Notes: generated from the letters alone by a model not told the origin. 64,000 bases of DNA from Camelus ferus (GCF_009834535.1 NC_045697.1:56174001-56238000), one strand, 5' to 3'. Positions 1 to 11,919 are shown, counted from the first letter of the stretch. Numbers and translations are program-made.

Positions 1-261
1 TGCCTAGTTCTTTGACATCATATTTCTTTCAATTAGCAATACCAACATTACTAGGGCAGAAAAAAATGATCCTGGTTAAAACTGTACTTCTTTGATAATA
101 AATATATTAATGATAATAATAGTATCTGCAATAGTTTTATGAGCACAAAGTAGTTTTTCCATCATGATTGAACTTTCTTTTCTTGTCTATTTAAACATAG
201 TTTAGAGGAAAAACACAGATTGGAGACTTAGGAAAAACAAAACTGAATGGAATTTTTTCTT

Positions 262-392
262 AAAAATAGAGAAAAAAGATAGAAAAAAAAAGAGGGAAGA
301 GAGAGAGGGGAAGGGAAAGAAAAAGGACAAGGAGAAAAAGGAACGAGGGAGAGGGAGGGATGGGGATTAGAAAGAAAGAGAGAGAGAGAGGC
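262..392 (+). repeat. Polypurine (GA-rich) low-complexity tract
   Basis: About 130 nt made almost entirely of A and G. Confidence 0.8.
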
Positions 393-2729
393 ATAGAGTT
401 GTACTTTAGTTGTCTCAGGATCAAGTCATCATCAAAGTCTTTCCTTTGTTGAAAAGTGTTTCTTTCCTTTCATTGAACAGAAGTCAGCAACCAGACCTAA
501 CACTTCAATGTGTTTAGTGACTAACACTTTAAAAGGATTTTTCATTAAAAAGTGACTGCTGTATGATTCTGGGGTGGGGATGGGATGGGGGTGGAGCTTA
601 GAAAGTCATACCATTACAAAGGGAAAAAGAATAGGGAGAGAAAAGGCATTCAAGAGGGATAACTGGGTTAAGTACCCATGACTTTCTGTCCTACAATGTG
701 GCATTCTAAGAGCCTAGGTGAAACCAGCCAGGTGTCAAATAAATTCCTGCTATATTCTAATTATTGCATGATTAGTGGTGTAAGAGTGACCTGGGACTGG
801 AAATTCATGTTTGCAGGAGTCTTTTGAAATGTTTCTCATCTGTAAAAAAATTAACCTGTTGTCCTGTGTTTTTTATTTTACTGTAATTTTTCAGAATGTC
901 AACATATAAATTATTTTTTAAACACTCAGTGAAAAGACATCCTCTGGGCACCAAACTCAGGGGAGACTAGGTGTTCAGAGAGTGGAGAAAAATGATTGCT
1001 TATTGAACTATAGAACTGTCAGTGACAAAGTTAGGCTGGTGTCAGATCCCATTATTTACATGAGGTGTGCAAGACAAGAGACAACTTGATTCCTTTGAGA
1101 AGAAATAAGCTTTCCTGATCATATTTCTTCCATTTGGAAAATAGAACTTTTAAGAATACATTTCAGGCTTTGAGAATATACCCTTTGGTCTATGCAATGA
1201 ACTATAGTATTAACACATGCCTCGTTGCTGCTCACCTGTTTATGACATTCGTTAACTGTCTGTGTGTTCCTGACATTTGTTTCAGTGTGATTAATTTCAT
1301 GACTGGTGCTAACTTTGTCAGTATCTTCTTCCTTTCAGTAGAACATCCTTATAGAACAAACACATTATGTAAATGCCTTTTTTTTTGTAGATTTTACATT
1401 GTAGAAATGATCTCAGAATAGAATGGTTTTTCAAAGGCACTTATTGGGAAAAATACAGTAGTCATGTGCAAATTTTATTTGCACAATAGGTGCAAAGATA
1501 CTTAGCTTATTATTTAGCTTATTATATGATTATAACATGGAATAAAAGGTGCGATCATCACTAACATGATTCACAGTAACAAGAAGAACAATGACAGAGT
1601 GAAGCACTGGCAGAATGAGTCAGGTTTTGAAAACAGTATGTTTTCAAGAAAGTTTCTTGGAAAGTTGAAAAGCCTAATTTAAAGCCTCCTGCTTTCTTCC
1701 AAAACTCTTCCTCTGTGATATCGTGAGATTTTAACATCTCTACTGATCAGATTGCAGCTGTTTTTAACCTCTTGGAACAGCTATCAGAACATACCATTCC
1801 CTTCCCCTGCTTGCAGTACATGATTATAGAAGCAAATGGAATTATGACTATATTTCTGTTTCACATCCACCTAAGAATAATTAAAGAAGGATCATTTTTG
1901 TCATATCCGGGCTTATTTCTGTCTTCTTTAATGCTAACTGACACATAAAAGACCTATCTTCATTCCTTTAATGAATTATTTTTGAACAAATGATTTTCTC
2001 CATCTTTCTTCTAGTTTCTCTCCCTCCTGCTCCTCCTACCTCTTCTTTTTCTATTTTTCTGTTCATTTTTAAGAATTTTAATTATATTTTTAAGGAAGTT
2101 CTTTTAGCATAACATCTTTGACCCATTCCTGGACAGACTAATGATAGAGTGGAAGGAACTATGTAAGATCATGCATAATTAATACCTATCAAAGCTAGAG
2201 TCTTATTTATTCTCCTAAGAAAAAACAACAAGCTTTTCATCTTTCTCTAGATCCACAGACACTTCAGGCACACCCTGAGCCTCTAGTAGGAGTGACAGTA
2301 AATGCTCTTTGGTGAAACCATTTACACACTTCATGCCATTTGTTCAGCAGTATAAGATAGATTATTCTTATTCCATGTTCCTATGGTTGCCCTTAATAAA
2401 ACTGTCATTAATACACTAAATTAAACTTTAAAAAAAATTACTATCTGTATGTTCAGTCCATATTCTCTCTTGGGATAAAGATCTCTTTGAGGTCTGAATT
2501 TTTTAAAAAGTAAATCATTCCAGAAGCAGAATTTGCCTGTTGGTTTTTCTGTTTTACATTTGCAAGGAACAGAATGTGTTGTGTTTACTAGAGTCAAAGG
2601 GGAATGAGGATGTGGATTTGAACCACTAGAATTCGAGCCTAAATGGAGGGACCTGGCCTTAGGGAGAGTGGCAGACAGTGGGCCCCAGCAGCAGGTGTTC
2701 AGGAAACTTCACTTTTCCCTGCCAGTCAT

Positions 2730-2972
2730 AGCAGCTGCCATCATCTTTTGAGTGCCTACTGCTTGCAGGTCATACCTGTTTTCCTCTGCATCAAGTTTTT
2801 AATCTTATCAACTCTTGGGAGAAAAATACTATTATCCTTATTAGAGCTAGAGAATTTGCAAGAAGCAGAGATTATATTGTCCAAGTTCTCCCAGTTGGTA
2901 AATTGGACAACCAAGTTCCAATCTAGTCAGTTTGTGTTAAAACTAGAACTTCTTTTTTCCTCACTACATTAT
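2730..2972 (-). mobile_element. Degenerate MIR SINE, interrupted near its 5' end by the L1 (continues ~10089-10098)
   Basis: ttgagtgcctact...tttaatcttatcaac...tgtccaagttctcccagttggtaaat... resembles reverse MIR. The rejoined cactacattat|aatgcctctc resembles the MIR terminus. Confidence 0.6.
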
Positions 2973-3293
2973 TTTTTTTAACATTTTTTATTGATTTATA
3001 ATCATTTTACAATGTTGTGTCAAATACCAGTGTTCAGCACAATTTTTCAGTTATTCATGGACATATACACACTCATTGTCACATTTTTTTCTCTGTGAGT
3101 TATCATAACATTTTGTGTATATTTCCCTGTGCTATACAGTGTAGTCTATTCTACAATTTTGAAATCCCAGTCTATCCCTTCCCACCCTCCACCCCCCTGG
3201 TAACCACAAGTCTGTATTCTCTGTCTGTGAGTCTATTTCTATCCTTTATTTACGCTTTGTTTTTGTTTGTTTGTTTGTTTTTGTTCTTGTTTT

Positions 3294-6200
3294 TTAGATT
3301 CCACATATGAGCGATCTCATATGGTATTTTTCTTTCTCTTTCTGGCTTACTTCACTTAGAATGACATTCTCCAGGAGCATCCATGTTGCTGCAAATGGCA
3401 TTATGTTGTCGGTTTTTATGGCTGAGTAGTATTCCATTGTATAAATATACCACCTCTTCTTTATCCAGTCACCTGTTGATGGACATTTAGGCTGTTTCCA
3501 TGTTTTGGCTATTGTAAATAGTGCTGCTATGAACATTGGGGTGCAGGTGTCATCCTGAAGTAGGGTTCCTTCTGGATACAAGCCCAGGAGTGGGATTCCT
3601 GGGTCATATGGTAAGTCTATTCCTAGTCTTTTGAGGAATCTCCACACTGTTTTCCATAGTGGCTGCACCAAACTGTATTCCCACCAGCAGTGTAGGAGGG
3701 TTCCCCTTTCTCCACAGCCTCTCCAGCATTTGTCATTTGTGGATTTTTGAATGACGGCCATTCTGAGTGGTGTGAGGTGATACCTCATCATAGTTTTGAT
3801 TTGCACTTCTCTGATAATTAGTGATATTGAGCATTTTTTCATGTGCCTATTGATCATTTGTATGTCTCCCTTGGAGAATTGCTTGTTTAGGTCTTCTGCC
3901 CATTTTTGGATTGGGTTGTTTATTTTTTTCTTATTGAGTCGTATGAGCTGCTTATATATTCTGGAGATCAAGCCTTTGTCGGTTTCACTTGCAAAAATTT
4001 TCTCCCATTCCGTAGGTTTTCTTCTTGTTTAATTTCTGGTTTCCTTTGCTGTGCAGAAGCTTTTAAGTTTCATTAGGTCCCATTTGTTTATTCTTGCTTT
4101 TATTTCTTCTTGGAGAAAATTTTTGAAATGTATGTCAGATAATGTTTTGCCTATGTTTTCCTCTAGGAGGTTTATTGTATCTTGTCTTATGTTTAAGTCT
4201 TTAATCCATTTTGAGTTGATTTTTGTATATGGTGTAAGGGAGTGTTCTAGCTTCATTGTTTTACATGCTGCTGTCCAGTTTTCCCAACACCATTTGCTGA
4301 AGAGACTGCCTTTATTCCAATGTATATTCTTGCCTCCTTTGTCGAAGATGAGTTGACCAAAAGTTTGTGGGTTCATTTCTGGGCTCTCTATTCTGTTCCA
4401 TTGGTCTATATGTCTGTTTTGGTACCAATACCATGCTGTCTTGATGACTGTAGCTCTATAGTATTGTCTGAAGTCTGGGAGAGTTATTCCTCCAGCCTCT
4501 TTCTTTCTCTTCCGTAATGCTTTGGCAATTCTAGGTCTCTGATGGTTCCATATGAATTTTATTATGATTTTTTCTAGTTCTGTGAAATATGTCCTGGGTA
4601 ATTGGATACGGATTGCATTAAATCTGTAGATTGCCTTGGGCAATGTGACCATTTTAACAATATTGATTCTTCCAATCCAAGAGCATGGAATATCTTTCCA
4701 TTTTTTAAAGTCTTCTTTAATTTCCTTCATCAGTGGTTTATAGTTTTCTGTGTATAATTCTTTCACCTCCTTGGTTAGATATATTCCCAGATATTTTATT
4801 ACTTTGGGTGCTATTTTAAAGGGGATTGTTTCTTTACTTTCTTCTTCTGTTGATTTATCGTTAGTGTAAAGAAATGCAACTGATTTTTGAACGTTAATTT
4901 TGTAACGTGCTACCTTGCTGAATTCTTCAATCAGCTCTAGTAGCTTTTGTGTGGACCTTTTAGGGTTTTCTATATATAGTAACATGTCATCAGCATATAA
5001 TGACACATTTACCTCTTCTTTTCCAATTTGGATCCCTTTTATTTCTTTCTCTTGCCTGACTGCTGTGGCTAGGACTTCCAGGACTATGTTGAATAGGAGT
5101 GGTGATAGTGGGCATCCTTGTCTTGTCCCAGATTTTAGTGGGAAGCTTTTGAGTTTTTCATTGTTGAGTACTATGCTGGCTGTAGGTTTGTCATATATAG
5201 CTTTTATTATGTTGAGATATGTTCCCTCTATACCCACTTTGGCGAGAGTTTTTATCATAAATGGGTGTTGAATTTTATCAAATGCTTTTTCTGCATCGAT
5301 TGAGATGATCATGTGGTTTTTGTCCTTTCTCTTGTTGATGTGATGTATTACACTGATTGATTTGCATATGTTGAACCAGCCTTGTGTCCCTGGGATGAAC
5401 CCCACTTGGTCATGATGTATAATCTTTTTTATGTGTTGTTGGATTCTATTTGCTAAAATTTTGGTGAGGATTTTGGCGTCTATGTTCATCAGTAATATTG
5501 GCCTATAATTCTCTTTTTTTGTAGTGTCTTTGCCTGGTTTTGGTATGAGGGTGATGGTGGCTTCATAGAATGAGTTTGGGAGTATTCCCTCCTTTTCAAT
5601 CATCTGGAAGAGTTTGAGAAGGACTGGTATGAGTTCTTCTTTGTATGTTAGGTAGAATTCCCTGGTGAAGCCGTCCGGTCCTGGACTTTTATTTGTAGGG
5701 AGGTTTTTAATTGCTATTTCTATTTCCTTTCTAGTGATCGGATTGTTCAAGTGTTCAGATTCTTCTTGATTCAGTTTTGATGGACAGTATGTTTCCAGAA
5801 ACTTGTCCATCTCCTCTAGGTTATCCAGTTTGGTTCCATATAGTTTTTCATAATATTCTCATATGATATTCTGTATTTCTATTTTGTTTGTTGTAATTTC
5901 TCCATTTTCCTTTCTTATTTTGCTAATTTGTGCTCTCTCTTTTTTCTTCTTTGTGAGTTTGGCCAGAAGTTTGTCGATTTTATTTACTTTTTCAAAAAAC
6001 CAGCTTTTGGTTTGGTTGATTTTTTCTATGGTCTTGTTAATCTCTATTGTATTTAATTCCCCTCTGATCTTTATTATTTCCTTCCTTCTGCTGCTTTTTG
6101 GGGCGTTTTGTTCTTCTTTTTCTAATTCATTCAGGTGGTGGGTTAAATTGTTTATTTGAGATTGTTCTTCTTTTTTGAGGAAGGCCTGTATCGCTATAAA

Positions 6201-7091
6201 CTTCCCTCTTAGCACTGCCTTTGCTGTGTCCCATAGGTTTTGAGTGGTTGTGCTTTCATTATCATTTGTCTCAAGGTATTTTTTAATTTCAGCTTTGATT
6301 TCCTCATTGATCCATTGTTTTTTCAATAACATATTGTTTAATCTCCATGCTCTCCTTTTTTTCTCCTTTGTTTCTCTGTTGTTGATTTCCAGTTTCATGG
6401 CATTGTGGTCAGTAAAGATGCTTGAGATAATTTCTATCTTCTTAAAATTGTTGAGGTTTCTTTTGTGCCCAAGTACATGATCGATCCTGGAAAATGTTCC
6501 ATGTGCACTTGAAAAGAATGTATATCCTATTTTTGGGGGTGTAATGCTCTGAAAATATCCACCAAATCTAGTTTTTCTATTGTAGTATTTAATTTCTCTG
6601 TTGCCTTGTTTATTTTCTGTCTGGAAGATCTGTCTAGTGATGTTAATGCAGTGTTAAAATCTCCAACTATGATTGTATTCCCATCAATATCCCCCTTCAT
6701 CTCTGTTAGTAATTCTTGTATGTACTTAGGTGCTCCTATATTGGGTGCATATATATTAACGAGTGTAATATCCTCATCTTGTATCACTCCTTTAATCATT
6801 ATAAAATGTCCTTCTTTATCTTTCTTGATGGCCTTTGTTTTAAAGTCTATTTTAGTCTGAAATCAGTACTGCAACACCTGCTTTTTTGGCTTTTCCATTT
6901 GCATGGAATATCCTTTTCCATCCTTTCCCTCTCAATCTATATGTGTCCTTCTCCCTAAAGTGGGTCTCTTGTATGCAGCATATTTAAGGTTCTTGCTTTA
7001 TTATCCAGTCTGCCACTCTGTGTCTTTTGACTGGAGCATTTAGTCCATTAACATTTACGGTAATTAATGATAGATGTGTGTTTATTGCCAT
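3294..7091 (-). pseudogene. L1 ORF2 (APE endonuclease, reverse transcriptase, Cys-rich C-terminus), disrupted
   Basis: Starts MAINTHLSLITVNVNGLN at 7091; [12 protein letters not shown] and YADD motifs present. Lesions: TAA 6984-6986, +1 at ~6854, -1 in the G-run 6535-6539, TGA 5859-5861, TAA 4029-4031. The last Cys of the CX3CX7HX4C knuckle reads Tyr (HCWWEY). Confidence 0.96.
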
Positions 7092-7492
7092 TTTGAACTT
7101 ATCTTTGCAGTTGAATTGGTATATCCTCTTTGTTCCTTTCTTCTTCCTTTTGTGGTTTGGTAATTTTCCTTTGTATTATCATGGATTTTATTTAATTTTT
7201 GTGACTCCTTGTAAGTTTTTGGCTTGTGGTTACCCTTTTTTGTAAATCTATCAACCCATTACTATAACTGTTTTTATTAAACTGATAGTAACATGATCTC
7301 AAACCCATCCTACTGTTAAAAAAATTTAAAAAGAAAGAAAAAATATTCTATATTTCCCTGCCTCCCTCGCCCACTCTCAGTGATTTGTATGTCTTCTTTT
7401 ATAATTTCATGTTTACTTTATTTGTAATTCATGAGTTATCACGTTTCCAGTTGTGTGTTTCTCATTTCTGTAGCATCCTGCTGCTTTTCTAT

Positions 7493-8397
7493 TTAGAATA
7501 GCCCTTTCAATATTTCTTTTAGCATGGGTTTAGTGTTGCTAAACTCCTGCAGCTTTTTTTTGTCTGTGAAACTCTTTATTTCTCCTTCTATCCTCAAGGA
7601 TAGCCTTGCTGGATAAAGGATCCTAGGCTGCATCTTTTTTTCATTCAGGACTTTGAATATATCTTGCCACTCCCTTCTGGCCTGTAGTGTTTGTGTAGAG
7701 AAATCAGCTGAGAGCCTTATGGGGGTTCCCTTGTAACTTACTCTTTGCTTTTGTCTTGCTGCCTTTAGAATCATTTCTTTATCCTTGACTCTGGCCATCT
7801 TGATTATGATATGTCTTGGTGTGGGTCTATTTGGATTCTTCCTGTTTGGGACCCTCTGAGCTTCCTGTACTTGGATATCTGATTCCTTCTTTAAGTTTGG
7901 GAAGTTTTCAGTCATGATTTCTTCAAAAACCTTTTCAATCCCCTTTGATCTTTCTTCTCCTTCTGGGACCCCTATTATGCGAAGATTGGGATGCTTTATA
8001 TTATCCCATAGGTCCCTTATGCTATTTTCATTATTTTTTATTTGCTTCTCTTGTAGTTCTTCTGAAGTGGGTGCTTTCTATTGCCCTGTCTTCTAGATCA
8101 CTGAATTCGTTCCTCTGCATTATCTAGTCGGCTTTGCACAGCTATTAGATCATTCCTCATCTCTGTCAATGAGTTTACCCATTCTACATGGCTCTTCTTT
8201 ATAGCTTCAATTTCATTTTTGACATATTTTATATCTCTAAACACTATCTCTTTTAATTCCTTCAGCAATTCGATCACTCCTTTTTTGAAATCTTGATCTA
8301 GTAGGCTATCGATGTCTATTTCGTTGATCTTTCTTTCAGGGGATTTCTCTTGTTCTTTTAACTGGGAAAGGTTTCTCTGCTTCTTCATCTTGCTCAT
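7493..8397 (-). pseudogene. L1 ORF1 (coiled coil, RRM, CTD RNA chaperone), frameshifted
   Basis: Fragments MSKMKKQRN...RLDNAEERI and ENFPNL...TPRHIIIK...ARREW...YPARLS. Two single-base insertions near 8104 and 8065 account for the +2 offset between them. Confidence 0.95.
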
Positions 8398-8799
8398 ACC
8401 TCTCCGGCACTGTGGTTTATGGAGTATCAGTTGTTTATTTTGGTCCTTAAGGATTTTATCTATCTGATGCCTATTTAGGAATAGAACTTAGCAAAAAAAG
8501 AAAAAAAAATAAGAGAGAGAGAGAAAGAATTTTAAAAGAAGGGAGAAAGAGGGTTTGAAAACAGTGTATAATGAATAATAGAAGAGTGAGGTGAAGCAGA
8601 GTATTAATCGGGTTGAGACGTCCTTTTAAAACCTTTACAAAAAAAGTGGGGGGGAGATGAATAGATGTATTTGAAACCTGTGTCTAATCAATAGCAGGAC
8701 ATCAAAACCCAAGATAAATAGAAATGAATTAAGAAGTAAAGATTAAGAGAGTAATAGAAAATAGAACAGGTAAAAACAGTTTAAAAAAAAAAGTGGGGG

Positions 8800-10074
8800 G
8801 TTTGTCGGCGTTCTCCTGGAGTCTGTGTGCGTTTAATGTGAAGTCTTTCTGTCTTCGTCCTGTTTTGGAAGCTCAGCTTGCTGTTTTCAGAGGCCCTCCG
8901 TTGGCGCCCTCTTCTGTGCTGCTCCCAGCACCTGTCGGCAAGCAGATCGCGCCTCCTCCTAACACTGGGTCAGGTGCAGCTCTCCTCTGCTGTGGGCGGG
9001 CGGGTCGCTGCCCCTCCGGATGCCGCAGTCAGATGTTGCAGACTGGTCAGGTAGGAGGGCCGGTCGTGCCCCCTCCCAGCACCTTGGTTAGGGGCTGTGT
9101 TCCTGCCCAAAAGGCGGGGGCCGCTCTCCCTCTACCTGCGCTGCCGGTAGCTCCGCTACTCTGTGCGGCTGCGCGCTCTGCCGTAGTCGGCGCTCCGCCG
9201 GTGGGCTCGAGGAAGACCGAGGGACAGCCCTGTCCCTGCTCCGAGCCAAAACCCAGCTCCTTGTTTGTCTTTGTGGAGCAAGTTCTCTGAGGGACCAGGA
9301 TGGAAGGATCCTATCTGCCCCGGGCTGCAGGCCAGTCTCAGTCTGGCCTTTGAGGCTGCTAAGCCCTTCAGTGCGGATGCAGGTTTCGCCCCCGCCCCCG
9401 CCTGAGTGCTCTGTGTGGAGGATATGGCGGCTGTGCCTGAGCCCCGCATCTCTTCCCCCAAAAATTTTCCGCAGGTTTTCAGAGATGGGGGTGTGCACCC
9501 TTCCCCCGAGAGCACATCAACCTTGCTGTTTTATGGAGGGCCCAGGTTGTTCTGCCCTGTGCACCCACAGCCACGGCGCGCAGCCCCTTGCGTTCCCCCG
9601 GGGCTGCCTCCGTGCAGCCACTTCCGTCCTCCGCCTGGCTTGTGCAGCCTGGCCCTGCCTGCGGCTGCCAGCCCGCGTTTCAGGCTGGGTGTCGGGGGGG
9701 GGACGCTCTGTGCCCGTTTAACTTAGTTCTGTTAGTCAAGGGCTGCTCTGTACAGATCCGAGCCTCGGAGGCTCCCCCTCCGTCCCGCTGGCCTCTCAGT
9801 TGGAGAGGGGAGACCCAGCGAGTGAGCGCCAGTCCTCCTTTGCCGCTCCCTCCCCACGGGACCCGCCCCGCGCTGCTTTGCCTTTTGTTCTTTCTTTTTT
9901 CCTTTTCTCCTACCAGATTTTTGACGTCTTTATCTTTTGAAGAGGGCGATGTTTTGTCGGAGTTCCACAGGTGCTCTGGTTGGCTGAGTGGGTCAGTAGA
10001 TGTGGGTCTTGGTGTATTTGTGGGAGAGGGTGACCTGCGAGCTTCCTTCTACTCCGCCATCTTCCGCATTGTCC
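8800..10074 (-). promoter_or_regulatory. CpG-island-like L1 5'UTR / internal Pol II promoter
   Basis: Abrupt high GC content with many intact CpGs against an AT-rich background, upstream of ORF1. Confidence 0.85.
10054..10063 (-). promoter_or_regulatory. YY1 binding site at the L1 5' end
   Basis: ccgccatctt (AAGATGGCGG on the L1 strand) matches the YY1 consensus CCGCCATNTT, 11 nt inside the 5' end, the usual position in mammalian L1s. Confidence 0.85.
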
Positions 10075-10155
10075 CCTCACTACATTATAATGCCTCTCTA
10101 CCTCTAGTTGATTTACTTTTTAATCCTAATACTAAGTTAATGCCATTGAGCCTCT

Positions 10156-11060
10156 GTATTAGACATAGGGTACAGGTTACCGTTTATAACAAAGAGACAT
10201 AAAATACAAAAGAGAAAGAAAAATACCGTGTGATATCACTTATATGTGGAATTTAAAAAAAGACAAATGAACTTATTTACAGAACAGAAACAGACTCACA
10301 GACATAGAAAACAATCTTATGGTTACCAGGGGAAAGTGGGTGGAAAGGGATAAATTGGGTGTTCGAGATTTGCACATACTAACTACTATATATAAAATAG
10401 AGAAACAACAAATTCATACTGTATAGCATATGGAAGTATAATCAATATCTTGCAGTAACTTGTGAAAAAGAATATGAAAACAAATATATGTAGTATGTTC
10501 ATGTATGACTGAAGCATTATGCTGTACACCAGAAATTGACACAACATTGTAAACTGACTGTACTTCAATAAAATATATATATATATACAAAGAATAAAAT
10601 AAAAGATTAAAACCAAAAAAAAAAAAAAATGCATAACAGCTCAAATGAGAGAGAAGCTTCTCTCCCAGTTAGCAGTCCAGAGTGGGGAGGCAGCCTACAA
10701 TTTATGAGATCACAAAGGGATTCTGGCTGGAGGAAAGTCTCTACAATCCTCAACACAGGATGCTAATCGCTGGGTGTAAAGTAGTTGCAACATTCCTCAC
10801 TGTCCTTTCAGTCACAGACAAGGAAACAAGCAGAAGTCTAGAGCAATGTCTTCAACTTTGTGAAGATTCTAGGAAGTTATAACAATCGTTTCCTTTCAGA
10901 TCTAATCTGCCTGAATATGGTCATTTGATCACATCAACCTGGTAGTCATACTGAGAAATATTGTCTCTAGCTCGGTAGCTGTATGCCCAGCTAAAACTCT
11001 GGCGGTCCCATGATGAATGGATAAGAGTCTATATCCATGGGTCAGTTGTTCATCTTTGCT
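10156..11060. mobile_element. Old MLT1-type (MaLR) LTR, split by an L1 3' fragment
   Basis: Starts tgtattag...taacaaagagac; resumes after 10630 with agcagtccagagtggggaggcag and ends with gtatgcccagctaaaactc-like motifs. Confidence 0.5.
10209..10629 (+). mobile_element. 5'-truncated L1 3' end (ORF2 tail, 3'UTR, poly(A))
   Basis: gagaaagaaaaatacc...cacttatatgtggaat...acagactcacagacatagaaaac is homologous to 3200-3340 reversed. AATAAA at 10567 and an A-tail at 10616-10629; possible TSD aaaataca/aaaatgca. Confidence 0.9.
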
Positions 11061-11750
11061 CTTGAATCGAACTATGAATCACCTTTTTTTTTTCATTTTT
11101 TTTTATTAAAATTCAAGAGAGTGTTTCTACATACTAACCATTGGATGAGCTTCCCCACATCAGTAACTTCTCCTAGCTGTTCTGGTAATAGGCTAAGGGA
11201 TAAGGGACAGGTCAGAAGGTTGTTGGAATCAGTCATGAGTAATATTTCCATGTCCAGGACTATGGGTTGGATTAAGAAAAAAATGTAAGGTAGGGAGATT
11301 GCTTATTAAGTACACACCTGTAATCAAACTTTCTGTTAACATGATCAATCTTTTGTTAATGAGTTAAGTTTCTACAGTTGAAATGGAAATGACTCAAAGC
11401 AGAGTGATATTCTCAATTAGCACTCTAAATTTTTTCTCTAAAGTTGGGGCTACTAAATCCCCCCCCTTTTTTTAACATTATAAGGTTGGACTGAAGTTTT
11501 GAAACTTTTGAAGTAGTAGAATTAAGTTACTTGTCATTAGATACATACACCCTAGTCTTCCCTTGTGATTTACTTCTTTGTTCCACTTCATGCCTTACAA
11601 ATTTTTGTTCATTTAGAAATGAAGAAACTTAATGGCCAGTTGAGCAACAAGTAATTCAAGTCGTACTGGCAAATAAAACTCTTCTTTGGGGGATGTTATT
11701 TTATTTTCTTAAAATGAGCAAAGTATAAGATGAGAACAGTATTTTTTTCA

Positions 11751-11752
<2 letters not shown>

Positions 11753-11791
<39 letters not shown>

Positions 11792-11836
11792 ATATGTACA
11801 TATATATATATATATGTATATATGTATATATATATA
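11753..11836. repeat. Compound microsatellite (TG)15 followed by imperfect (TA)n
   Basis: Read directly from the sequence. Confidence 0.95.
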
Positions 11837-11919
11837 GTCAGTTCACGGTAAGCCATCTCAATATAGCTGAATGTATGTGTTTGAGTACAGGGCTTTTTTT
11901 GTGTGTGACGCTCTGTTTC

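Larger units (their letters stand above)
2973..10074 (-). mobile_element. Full-length LINE-1 (7102 bp), antisense to EPHA5
   Basis: Perfect 14-bp TSD cctcactacattat at 2959-2972 and 10075-10088. AATAAA (minus, 2987-2992) and short poly(A) tail. ORF1, ORF2 and a GC/CpG-rich 5'UTR in canonical order. Empty site reads TTAT/AA, similar to the L1 endonuclease consensus TTTT/AA. Confidence 0.98.

Noticed and set aside
3796..7245. Plus-strand hydrophobic ORFs
   Set aside because: Antisense shadows of the A-rich L1 ORF2.
8793..10202. Several overlapping 100-200 aa ORFs on both strands, including the 204-aa ORF 9588-10202, as novel genes or an ORF0 analogue
   Set aside because: They lie in the GC-rich L1 5'UTR where stop codons are rare. 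Several start at GTG or TTG, and none shows a recognisable domain.
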